The notes under the pieces: model-generated | Seen by the model: the letters and a program-made list of their open reading frames with translations, nothing else | Told to the model about the DNA's origin: nothing | Databases searched by the model: none | Part shown: positions 1 through 8,965 of the stretch, piece by piece | How the letters are laid out: every line of letters starts with the position of its first letter | Numbering within the stretch: the first letter of the stretch is position 1 | Program-made: the position numbers and the translations under genes | Assembly (NCBI GenBank): GCA_963789265.1 | Contig: CAWBKB010000005.1 | Coordinates: forward strand, 672,001-736,000 | Length of the DNA stretch: 64,000 bases | Direction: 5' to 3' | From: an uncultured delta proteobacterium | GTDB lineage: Bacteria; Desulfobacterota; Desulfomonilia; Desulfomonilales; Desulfomonilaceae

Positions 1-88
1 GGATGAGTCTTCTGCGAGCCCCTGCCATGTCGCGGTGCCATCCCACTGACTGGGCCATTACATTGTTTCCGTCCACCACGTAAGGCAT
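1..88 (-). CDS. NYN/YacP-like PIN-fold nuclease, 5' part only (runs off the window edge)
   Basis: Manual translation MPYVVDGNNVMAQSVGWHRDMAGARRRLI has the VDGxNV motif typical of NYN domains; GGGAG RBS upstream. Confidence 0.65.
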   Translation of the reverse strand, partial: MPYVVDGNNVMAQSVGWHRDMAGARRRLI

Positions 89-222
89 GATGTGCTCCCG
101 CCAGGACTCTTGCGGGCAGGCAGGCTTCGCCGTAATGAGAAGGCGGGACCGGGTCCGTCACGCGCTTCTCTCCGGGGTTCCGCAAGGCAGGGCTACATCA
201 CCCGGGCAAACCCAGGCGCCTC

Positions 223-519
223 TTACTCGCGAATAAAACCCATATAGACTAAAAAAAGGGCCAAGGCACCCATTGCGCCGATAAATGTGAGCAGCGCTCC
301 CAAGTCAGAAGAATTCTCCGGGTAAAGGTAGTGAAATATTAGAGTTCCCCCCATCAAACCGGCAATAGACAGGGCAAAATACTTCATTCGCGTGGCCACC
401 GCATAAATGAAGACCACGACGCAAAAACCTATGAACACGGGATGTACAACCAGTTCGCCGGGCCCTTTTACTCCGAGCAGTCTGTTGATTGATTCGAAAA
501 AGTTGGCCAGGGATTCCAT
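223..519 (-). CDS. Small membrane protein (about 3 TM helices), unknown function
   Basis: 98-aa ORF with three hydrophobic stretches; GGTGGGA RBS-like sequence. Confidence 0.7.
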   Translation of the reverse strand: MESLANFFESINRLLGVKGPGELVVHPVFIGFCVVVFIYAVATRMKYFALSIAGLMGGTLIFHYLYPENSSDLGALLTFIGAMGALALFLVYMGFIRE

Positions 520-616
520 CGTCCCACCACGTGATTCACGGAAAGTGCTATGCGTACGAATGCCACTTTATCATGCGCGGAAGGAAAAGGCAAACCATAT
601 TAATATGGTAAGTCTC

Positions 617-646
617 TTGACAACATTTGAGGAAGATGCGTAATCT
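617..646 (+). promoter_or_regulatory. Sigma70-type promoter upstream of fusA
   Basis: TTGACA (617-622), 18-nt spacer, TAATCT (641-646). Confidence 0.55.
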
Positions 647-820
647 GTGTTTACATTCGCTGAGGCCCCCCGGAGCTGCCAGGATAGGACGAAGAGCCTT
701 GTCTTCTCTGGCGGCCGATTTTCATGTATTTCAGGTGGGCCGTACAACCCCGGCCAACAGCTCCCCGAGTTGAACGACCTGCGGTTCACTGTCGTACCGA
801 GCGATGCAGGTGGAGTAATC

Positions 821-2851
821 GTGGCACAAAACCTATCCATGGTCAGAAACATAGGGATTACGGCTCATATTGACGCCGGAAAGACCACTCTGACTGAAAG
901 AATCCTATTCTACACCAAGAAAATTCATAAGATAGGCGAAGTGGACGAAGGCTCAGCTACTATGGACTATATGCCCCAAGAACAAGAAAGGGGTATAACG
1001 ATAACATCTGCCGCCACTGTTTTTTCCTGGGAGGGTTATGAGATTCATTTAATCGACACACCGGGACACGTGGATTTCACGATTGAAGTGGAACGTAGTT
1101 TGCGTGTTCTCGACGGAGTTGTCGCTGTTTTATGCGGAGTTGGCGGAGTAGAACCTCAGACGGAAACCGTGTGGCATCAGGCCGAACGCTACAAAGTTCC
1201 TCGAATCGCATTCGTTAACAAGCTTGACCGGATAGGAGCGAATTTTCAGCGTGCTGTTTCGATGATGCGTGAACGATTGGGCGCATACCCTGTGCCCGTA
1301 CAAATCCCGATGATGGCGGCGGATGAATTCCTTGGAGTCGTGGACCTTATTCGAATGAGAGGAATTATCTGGGACCAGGCAACGCAGGGGCAAGAATACG
1401 AATATATCGAGATTCCGTCTGAGTACCTGGAAGAAGCGCAGCAAGCGCGAAGGTTTATGATAGAGACAGCAGCGGAACAGAATGAAATACTTTTGGAACA
1501 CTACCTGGAGCATGACGATCTGGATGAAAAACAAATCATCCAGGGCCTACGGGAAGGGACGATTAGGAATAAGATTGTCCCCACCTTGTGCGGCTCCGCC
1601 CTCAAAAATCAAGGAGTACAACCCGTTATCGAAGCCGTTATCGATTTTCTTCCGTCTCCAATCAATGTTCCACCGATAGTTGGGGTTAACCCGGAAACAG
1701 GCGCTCAAGAACAGCGATCGCCAAAACGGGGCGAACCGCTGTGTGCATTCGCGTTCAAAGTTATGATGGATCAAGGGCGGAGAGCCACGTATCTGAGAGT
1801 TTATTCAGGTGAGCTTGAAGCTGAAAAGGAAGTTTATAATGCCACACGCGGGATTCGTGAGCGTGTAGCGCGCCTGTTCCTTATGCATGCAAACAAACGT
1901 GAAAAGATCAAATCGGCGCCGGCAGGCAGTATTGCCCTTGCTGTAGGGCTCAAGCAAGCCAGAACGGGAGATACGTTGACCGATGCCTCGGCTCCACTGG
2001 TTCTCGAGCCACTCGACCTGCACGTCCCGGTGATTTCCATAGCCATCGAACCCAAGACTCGCAGCGATCAAGAGAAGCTCCTATCAAGCTTGGAAAAGAT
2101 AGAGATCGAAGATCCGACCTTTGCCTTTAAAGAGAATGAAGAGACAGGCCAGTTGCTCATCTCAGGCATGGGCGAGCTGCACCTGGATATTGTCCTAGAT
2201 CGCCTCAGAAGGGAGTACGCTGTCGAGGTCCAGACCGGGAGGCCACAAGTAGTTTACAAGGAGACTGTCCAATCCTCCGGCAGGGCTCATCTAATATTCG
2301 ATCGTGAAATTCACGACGTCCGCCATGTCGGAGAGGTTACTCTTCGAGTGGAATCGGCAAATAGAGGAGAAGGCGTAACCTTCAGAGTGGGACCGGGTCT
2401 GGATGCTGTACCTCAAGAGATGATAAGCGCCGTGGAACAAGGCGCGAGAGAGGCCACTTTGGCTGGAGTCCTTGGCGGCAATGAAGTAGTGGACACTAAG
2501 ATCACGCTCGAGGCTGTCGGCCAGGACCTTTTGTCCATGACCCCACTAGGATTGAAAGTTGCCGCGTCACAAGCCTGTAAAGAGGCTTGCGAAAAGGCTT
2601 CGCCGCTCCTACTGGAGCCTTACATGGGCGTCGAGGTGGTTGTCCCCGAAGAATTCGTTGGGGAGGTGATAGCGGACTTGAACAGCAGACGCGGAAGGCT
2701 CGAGCATGTTTCTCCCCGAGGAAGAACCTCCGTTCTGAAGGCTACCGTCCCGTTGGTTACCATGTTCGGGTATTCCACCGCTCTACGTTCTATCACCCAG
2801 GGAAGGGGCATATTCACAATGCAATACTCACATTATGATGCAAAGATTTAG
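821..2851 (+). CDS. fusA: Elongation factor G paralogue (stand-alone, EF-G2-like)
   Basis: [19 protein letters not shown] and NKLD GTPase motifs; probable GTG start at 821 after GGTGGAG; not in an rpsL-rpsG-tuf context. Confidence 0.95.
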   Translation: MAQNLSMVRNIGITAHIDAGKTTLTERILFYTKKIHKIGEVDEGSATMDYMPQEQERGITITSAATVFSWEGYEIHLIDTPGHVDFTIEVERSLRVLDGVVAVLCGVGGVEPQTETVWHQAERYKVPRIAFVNKLDRIGANFQRAVSMMRERLGAYPVPVQIPMMAADEFLGVVDLIRMRGIIWDQATQGQEYEYIEIPSEYLEEAQQARRFMIETAAEQNEILLEHYLEHDDLDEKQIIQGLREGTIRNKIVPTLCGSALKNQGVQPVIEAVIDFLPSPINVPPIVGVNPETGAQEQRSPKRGEPLCAFAFKVMMDQGRRATYLRVYSGELEAEKEVYNATRGIRERVARLFLMHANKREKIKSAPAGSIALAVGLKQARTGDTLTDASAPLVLEPLDLHVPVISIAIEPKTRSDQEKLLSSLEKIEIEDPTFAFKENEETGQLLISGMGELHLDIVLDRLRREYAVEVQTGRPQVVYKETVQSSGRAHLIFDREIHDVRHVGEVTLRVESANRGEGVTFRVGPGLDAVPQEMISAVEQGAREATLAGVLGGNEVVDTKITLEAVGQDLLSMTPLGLKVAASQACKEACEKASPLLLEPYMGVEVVVPEEFVGEVIADLNSRRGRLEHVSPRGRTSVLKATVPLVTMFGYSTALRSITQGRGIFTMQYSHYDAKI

Positions 2852-2872
2852 TCTTCGGATAAGGTAAAAAGC

Positions 2873-3493
2873 CTACCCGGCCCAATCGCCCTGGAAGAAT
2901 TGTCTTGGACCACCCACATTGCGGAACGCTGAATTGAAGTTGCGATAAAATGCATGATAATTCGGAAATCTGTGCCATTTTTTGAGAAATCCGTCCGGCA
3001 GATCATCCCGTTCTTCAACCTTTTGCCACCCTCCTGGAACAGGGTACGCGTAGTAAGGCAAATCTTTTGGAATTCCTCTAATGAGCACCACTTGAGGAAT
3101 TACCCATTCACGTAGCGCCATGTACACTCGGTGCATTCCGTCGTTTATTATGAAGTGTACGGTCCCGTCCTTCTCAATTGATTCTTCAACTATTGGGGGC
3201 AAAAGATCGATCGGCTCGTCGTAGCCTTCAAAAACCAACCGCACAAATCCATTGAGAGCGAAAAGATCCACCTCATGTTCTTCCAAAGACCATTTTAACT
3301 CTCGGACCTTCTTCAATTCCTCCCTCAGGATGTAATTCTGCGGTGGGGAAAGACTGGCCGGCGAGACTTTCTCAAGAGAAATAAAGGCTCGGCTATAAAC
3401 CTTAATCTCTGGTGCTTTAAGCATGCTAACTTCCCGGAGCCTATCAATCAACTGATTCTCGGAAAACTTTTCCACGGTAGCAATCCTCATCAC
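2873..3493 (-). CDS. Hypothetical protein with ParB/Srx-like motif
   Basis: LLPPIVE...FIINDGMHRVYMA resembles the ParB/sulfiredoxin DGxHR nucleotide-binding motif; GGAGG RBS. Confidence 0.6.
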   Translation of the reverse strand: MMRIATVEKFSENQLIDRLREVSMLKAPEIKVYSRAFISLEKVSPASLSPPQNYILREELKKVRELKWSLEEHEVDLFALNGFVRLVFEGYDEPIDLLPPIVEESIEKDGTVHFIINDGMHRVYMALREWVIPQVVLIRGIPKDLPYYAYPVPGGWQKVEERDDLPDGFLKKWHRFPNYHAFYRNFNSAFRNVGGPRQFFQGDWAG

Positions 3494-3566
3494 ATGCCTC
3501 CTCCTTTGCCGTCAAAGGGCCCCTTCCTCACTCATCTTCCGAGCGGCCGCTATCCAGGATCCGCAC

Positions 3567-4229
3567 TCACATCTTCATCTTCCGCTTAATCTTCGGGCGA
3601 TGAGACTCCTGATTTTCCGACGGACCGTGATCCAGGATACGCACTAGCCCTTCCATGTTCATTTCCGCGGAATCATGTGGCGAAGTCGCCGCCATCTTTC
3701 GGGCTGACGAATCCGTAAGTACGCGCAGTACCATTTCTAAAGATTGCTCGGACAGTGAAATCTGCTTGAAGACGCGGATGCTCTCATGGGATTCCATGAT
3801 TTGACGCCAGTAAAGGTCGAATTGCTTGTTTTGAGAATCATAGGATTCCTCAAAGTAAATCTCCCTAATCCCGGCTTGGATCAATTGCTTGAAACACCAG
3901 TTGCACGGCTCGAGCGTGCAGTAAAGAACAGCCCCCTCCAAAGAAATGCCGAACCGGGCCGCTTGGTCAATGGCATTCACCTCTGCATGGCTGGAAATAC
4001 AGTAGTTGTATTTGTCCGCATCGTGGGCCCCGATGGAACGCCTCAAGCAGAAGTCCGGCCCTTTATCAATGCAGTGGGGAGCCCCATGTACAGCGCCGTT
4101 ATATCCTGTGGTCAGTATCCTATTGTCTCGTACTATGACCGCACCTATCTTACGGGAATTGCAGGTCGATCTTGCACTCACAAGCTTTGCCAGCATCATA
4201 AAGTATTCGTGCCAGGAGGGTCGGTTCAT
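3567..4229 (-). CDS. dCMP deaminase (ComEB-like zinc-dependent deaminase)
   Basis: RPSWxEYFM, RSTC, GYNG, HAE and PCxxC motifs; probable start at MNRPSW (4229). Confidence 0.9.
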   Translation of the reverse strand: MNRPSWHEYFMMLAKLVSARSTCNSRKIGAVIVRDNRILTTGYNGAVHGAPHCIDKGPDFCLRRSIGAHDADKYNYCISSHAEVNAIDQAARFGISLEGAVLYCTLEPCNWCFKQLIQAGIREIYFEESYDSQNKQFDLYWRQIMESHESIRVFKQISLSEQSLEMVLRVLTDSSARKMAATSPHDSAEMNMEGLVRILDHGPSENQESHRPKIKRKMKM

Positions 4230-4284
4230 TTCAGAATTTCCTTTTAATGGTCCGGAAGGAGCCGTCTGACAGCTCATCCGTATC

Positions 4285-5355
4285 TCAGAGCGGCCGAACC
4301 AGGTCCTTGATCCGGTTGGATTCCACAGCGTCCATGAACTCTTCGCCCAGAACTTCGCTCAAGCGAGATACTTCATCCCATCTACGGATTCTCTCCCAAG
4401 GTCTATTTACGAAGGTGGTAAAATCTTTGCGATCCGGCAACCGTCTGCCGGGCAGCATTTTTGCAAAATCCGGACCAGGATATACTTGCAGGACTGTCCG
4501 GAGAGAGCCCTCCGGCGGCCGCCTCCACTTGAGGCGCTTGTCAAACCATCCCGGAACTATTTGCTCTTGATAGTGAAAAAACAGGGTGATCGTTCCCTCG
4601 GGAGGATGATAGTCCTGATTTAGCTGGTAGTCTATCAAGCCACCGTCCCTGTACACACCAGGGGGTGCTTCCGGGATGCCCCGAACTCCGCGAACCAGGT
4701 ATGGGAGCGAACCTGTGGCCAGCGCAGCCATGCGCAAATTATCTCTTGTCAATCTAACTGCGGCTCCGTTGAAAGATCCCAGGAAAAAGGGGTCTTTTCG
4801 ACCACAAAAGAATACGACCCTTTCAAAGAAAATCTTCATTCCGGCGGAAGAGATAGCATTCATGAAGGCAGCTACTAAGAGAGCGCTTCCCTGCACGGCG
4901 CGCGTCTCGGAAGCCTGCGGGCCCTTTACCTCTCACTGTATGCACGGCCAGATCGAAAACAGGATGGTCCAAAATATAAGGGACGTCCTCATCCGCTATA
5001 AAGTCACCAACATTCTTCCGCAGAGCAGCGGCCACAGTTATCGGGGTGTCCTGTGTCGTAAACTGGTTTCGTGAGTACGCTATTCTGAGGTTCTCGGTAC
5101 GCGCTCAAAGGATTCCTGCACGCCATAGCGAGACACCTCCACGCGCCCGCGGACGAGCCGGCCAAAAGAAACTCGCCCTCCGGCTATCTGCAGGAAACTA
5201 CTCCTCATTAATGCCTTGTCAAATCCCACTGAAACGAACCACTTCGGCCCCCCGGCGGGGGCTGCAAACACGCCCACCCTTTCGGGCTTTAACCCTTCCT
5301 CTCGCACAATATCCAGAGCGGCCGGGCCGGCCTTGTATTCCAAGTAGCGTTTCAT
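4285..5355 (-). CDS. Patatin-like phospholipase, split by frameshifts
   Basis: Joined frames give AAPAGGPKWF, LLAGSSAGAWR (GxSxG) and YRDGG (DGG); frame changes near 5170 and near 4900. Confidence 0.75.
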
Positions 5356-5576
5356 GCTTTGACAAGGATAGCACTGGCCCGCGTTTAATCCAAGAGATGC
5401 TTCTCGTTCCAGGTTTGCCAATTTATTATTGATATTTTAGTGTATTACGTGTGCAACCTCAGACAACATTGATTCTGCTTGTTGGTTATTCTCTTAACTA
5501 ATTTAAATTTTAGAGTACTTTTCTCTTGACATATTTCTAAACATAGGCAATTCAGTGAAATCAGATATTTTGACTT

Positions 5577-5608
5577 GGAGGAAGGGTATGTTGAGAAGTA
5601 ATACCTTT
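5577..5608 (+). repeat. Copy 1 of AAGGGT-N4-TGAGAAG-N3/4-CCYTT hairpin repeat
   Basis: GGAGGAAGGGTATGTTGAGAAGTAATACCTTT; related copies at 6089-6120 and 7378-7406. Confidence 0.8.
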
Positions 5609-6102
5609 ATCCATCCGTTTTACCTGAAATTTCCAATACAGACACGTCCACGCCACCCCACGCGTACCAAGCCTCTTGATTTAGACCTAAGGCGGTTTTC
5701 TACGGAGTAAGTACCTGCCGCGGTGCGTGGATAGCGTCTGTTCATAGGCATTTTCGTCCCAGCTCACGGTGCTCTGTTACTGGCGGAGGGGGGGAACAAT
5801 CCGGTTCAATTTTGCGCGCGTCGCGGTTCTTTTGTAACCGGTGCCGCGCGGGGGGGCGGCGTGCGCCCCGACGTTTTTAAATGAATATTATTTGATATAA
5901 GTGTATTAATACTATTATAGAATTCTATACATTATTTATTTGCATCAACATATTTATTTTAATGATTAAATATACATATAGTGATTGATTTTCTCGAAAA
6001 GAACCGAAAATTAGTGAAATACTGCACTATTTTTTCTTGACAACTGTTACAGAAAAGATGTTTAAGCGATCCCAGTTAGTTCGAGCTGGGAGGAAGGGTT
6101 CA

Positions 6103-7158
6103 ATGAGAAGATGCCCTTTTACGGTACTGGTATGTTTGTTCTTTTTAATTTTGAGTTGTCGCGTATTCGCATTCCAATCAGACAACTTCATTAACGTAAT
6201 CATCAAACCTGCCACCAATGGAGCAGATGCTTCCGGACCCAAAAACCTTTGGGCCCCGGGCAAGGCCTTGTCATCGGAACCTGTTTCGTATGTTCAGGCT
6301 TCCGCCCGGCCAAGGATCGGATTCAGACGGTATCGTGCCGCACAATTCACCAAACCTATTGTCAAGTGCAAAGTGCCGGTGTGTGCGGCTCATCAACCGT
6401 GCTGTCCGAAATGCATTGTTCCAAGGCGCATGCCCGGTCAGTGGCAGCTAGGCATTCAAGTATTCTTTGCCAGGGTCGGCGGAACGGTTCGATCACCGGC
6501 GACAGTGTTCGGTTTACCCACCACAGATGTAGATTTCAATGACGACCTGGGGTTGCCGTCTCATCAAACTTTGCTGGAATACTCGGCTTGGTACCAGTTT
6601 CGCCCCCACTGGGCTCTGTTTTACTCGATCATGCCCATACATCTAGAGGGGGACCATGTCACGAATAGGAATCTATATTTTGGACAATTCATCATCCCCT
6701 TCGGCACCTATGTGCACACAGACTGGGATTTTACGTACCAGCGAGTTGGCTTGGTTTATCAGCCCATTTCCAACTGCAATGCAGTGGTATCCATTTACAA
6801 TAGTTGGCTTTTCAACGACCAGAGATTGGACGTGTCAAGCGCTATATGCACGGGCCGCTGCGATAGGGTAGATCGAACCAGGAACATGGTGATGTCGGGG
6901 ATCGAAGTGCAGAAGTGCATTCGTACCCTTTGTAATGGCGGTAATTTATCCTGCGACAACAGAATTGATCTCGGGTATCTCGATGGCACCTTCGCTTTGG
7001 ATCTTCAGGTTGGATTACAGTTCACCGTTCCCATGGGGGGACGGTGGGGTTATGCAAAAGGCGGGTACAGGTTGATCAACTTCACCGAGGACCGAAACGA
7101 CCTTGAGCTGAACACCCACCTTGAAGGCGGATTTGTAGAAGCAGGTCTGATTTTCTGA
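6103..7158 (+). CDS. Secreted Cys-rich putative outer-membrane beta-barrel protein
   Basis: Signal-peptide-like N-terminus after GGAGG, amphipathic beta strands, C-terminal ...GFVEAGLIF; similar architecture to 42847-43701. Confidence 0.7.
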   Translation: MRRCPFTVLVCLFFLILSCRVFAFQSDNFINVIIKPATNGADASGPKNLWAPGKALSSEPVSYVQASARPRIGFRRYRAAQFTKPIVKCKVPVCAAHQPCCPKCIVPRRMPGQWQLGIQVFFARVGGTVRSPATVFGLPTTDVDFNDDLGLPSHQTLLEYSAWYQFRPHWALFYSIMPIHLEGDHVTNRNLYFGQFIIPFGTYVHTDWDFTYQRVGLVYQPISNCNAVVSIYNSWLFNDQRLDVSSAICTGRCDRVDRTRNMVMSGIEVQKCIRTLCNGGNLSCDNRIDLGYLDGTFALDLQVGLQFTVPMGGRWGYAKGGYRLINFTEDRNDLELNTHLEGGFVEAGLIF

Positions 7159-7176
7159 TTCCTTTCCAACCCTTTT

Positions 7177-7294
7177 GAATGGCGCCGGCATTGAATGTCC
7201 TAAACACAGGGGCTTTAGAGACCCTCACCTTGATTGAATGTCCACTCTCAGGGAATGAGGGGTCAGAAAAAGCCTCCCTCCACCGGCGCCATTC
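7177..7294. other. Long rod-like stem-loop downstream of the barrel gene
   Basis: 12-bp perfect inverted repeat GAATGGCGCCGG/CCGGCGCCATTC enclosing three further helices. Confidence 0.65.
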
Positions 7295-7377
7295 CTTCTT
7301 TACCTCAACTCCACAAAAACGAAAAGCCCGAAAACGGCTGAAATCAGCCGCCCCTTTCAGGGCTTTTCATTGAAAAC

Positions 7378-7406
7378 GAAAGGGTATGTTGAGAAGTACC
7401 CCTTTC
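7378..7406 (+). repeat. Copy 3 of the AAGGGT...TGAGAAG...CCYTT hairpin repeat
   Basis: GAAAGGGTATGTTGAGAAGTACCCCTTTC; 19 nt identical to copy 1. Confidence 0.8.
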
Positions 7407-7614
7407 CTATCACATTTTTGCTCTCTGGCAAGAACTTTTTTTTCGAGATGAAAACGCCGCTCATTTTCCTTGTTTCTTTCATGCCATGATCGACATGACA
7501 ACTCCCCACATTTAGTTTGGTTCGCTACTTTCTGAGTGTAAATTTTTTTGCTATTGCCGCGCAAAAATTTCAAACTGCCCCACTACCAAGCAGCTTATAT
7601 GGGCTATAAATATT

Positions 7615-7879
7615 TGGTGGAGGCGGCGGGAATCGAACCCGCGTCCGAGAACCTTCGGCACAAGATGTCTACATGCTTATTTCGAGTTTTGTGTCTCGTC
7701 CGGAAAGACCCCCTCGAAAAAGGTTCTTGCCAGACCAACCCGCTTGGTGTTTCGCCTTGCCTCCAACAGGCACGAAAGCTTGGCTATCCTGCTGACCTGC
7801 GCCTCTTCCGCCCCCGCGGGAGAAAGACATAGAGACGCAAGCCTTACGCGGTTAGAGCGTGCTCGTAGTTATTGGCGAG
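7615..7879 (-). pseudogene. ssrA: 5'-truncated tmRNA duplicate (3' 265 nt, including the whole tag reading frame)
   Basis: Near-identical to 13095-13360; tag reads ANNYEHALTA; the 5' acceptor strand is missing. Confidence 0.9.
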
Positions 7880-7886
7880 CACAAAT

Positions 7887-8000
7887 GGGATCAGGTCTTG
7901 TTTTTTGCAGCAGCGAGATCGCGGCACGTGCCGCGCCCCCGTCGCATGACAATGAGCAGGACTTTACGGCGCAAAAAGAAGAAGTCATCGAAATAGACCT
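7887..8000. repeat. ~110-bp element with terminal inverted repeats (copy A)
   Basis: TCAGGTCTTG...AATAGACCT; internal blocks TTTTGCAGCAGCG, GAGCAGGACT and AAAGAAGAAGTCA shared with 8542-8656. Confidence 0.75.
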
Positions 8001-8122
8001 TTCAGCGCGTGAACCCAAGATCCGAAATCGCTGATTTAGCCTTGTTGAGAAGCTCCTTTCGTGAATCTTGAGGATTTGCCCCGACAGCATGGATCGCTAT
8101 TCTCCCAAGGATCTTTGCCCTA

Positions 8123-8162
8123 TTGCCAGTTGTTACGTTTAGTAGTACATTAAAAAGTACTA
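8123..8162 (+). promoter_or_regulatory. TA promoter with palindromic operator
   Basis: TTGCCA and TACATT boxes; TAGTAC-N8-GTACTA palindrome (8143-8162) just before the AGGAGGT RBS. Confidence 0.6.
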
Positions 8163-8175
8163 TAGGAGGTGTCGC

Positions 8176-8457
8176 GTGGGAAAGATAGCCAACATGATTC
8201 CAATCAGTGATCTCAGACGAGATGCCGCCAAGGTTCTGAAAAAAGTCCGAGATTCCCGAGAACCCCTCGTAATCACTCAAAGGGGGCGTGCGGCAGCGGT
8301 GATGCTCAGTGTGGAGGCTTACGAACGTTCGGAGCGGGAAAAGGAGCTTTTGCGCCTATTGGCCAAGGGAGAGAGAGAAATCGAGGCTGGTAAGGGACAT
8401 GATTTGGACTCAATTCTTGCTGAAGCCGATGCGCTCCTTGCGGATGAACCGTCGTGA
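8176..8457 (+). CDS. Phd/YefM-family antitoxin
   Basis: IPISDLRRDAAKVL...EPLVITQRGRAAAVMLSVEAYE signature. Confidence 0.9.
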   Translation: MGKIANMIPISDLRRDAAKVLKKVRDSREPLVITQRGRAAAVMLSVEAYERSEREKELLRLLAKGEREIEAGKGHDLDSILAEADALLADEPS

Positions 8458-8540
8458 AAATACGTTTTACCCCTTCGGTAAGAGTCCAATTCCTCTCCGC
8501 TCTGGCTTATATCTGTCAGGACAATCCTCACAGAAAATGA
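8454..8540 (+). pseudogene. Truncated RelE/ParE toxin (first ~25 codons only)
   Basis: GTGA overlap with the antitoxin stop; MKIRFTPSVRVQFLSALAYICQDNP is a typical ParE N-terminus; ends at repeat copy B. Confidence 0.75.
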
Positions 8541-8541
8541 C

Positions 8542-8656
8542 TCAGGTCGTGCCTTTTGCAGCAGCGGGATCGCTGCGCATATTTGGCTCCATTACATGAA
8601 AGTGAGCAGGACTGTACAAAGCGAAAGAAGAAGTCAAGAAACAAGACCTGCCCCCC
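8542..8656. repeat. ~110-bp element with terminal inverted repeats (copy B)
   Basis: TCAGGTCGTG...CAAGACCTGCCCC; diverged direct repeat of 7887-8000. Confidence 0.75.
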
Positions 8657-8965
8657 TGACTACGTCGGCGTTTCCCAGATTCGCTCACCTGTCAGAAATC
8701 CTCTTTTCCATGGTGCCGCGGCACAAATACACGGCCAGCCTCTGTCCCCACCCTGAAACAAATGTAATCCGGTTCCCGCAAGAATTCGAGACCAGTGGGA
8801 GCTTCGATCTGGCTCTCGTCCAGAAGAAACGAGTGGAGCATTTCATTTGCCCAATAACCTTACAAGTACCAGGCTGCGGTACGATTCCAAGATTTTGAGG
8901 CAAAGTCAGACATGGTTTTACTTGATTCTTGTTATGAACTGGCAGGGGGACACTCGCCACAATTT

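Noticed and set aside
652..810. 6S RNA or SRP RNA call for the fusA upstream region
   Set aside because: TGAAC/GTTCA pairs only locally, there is no 6S-like central bubble, and the SRP domain IV motif is absent
5878..6035. AT-rich stretch as replication origin
   Set aside because: No TTATCCACA-type DnaA box cluster and no dnaA context; more likely a promoter region
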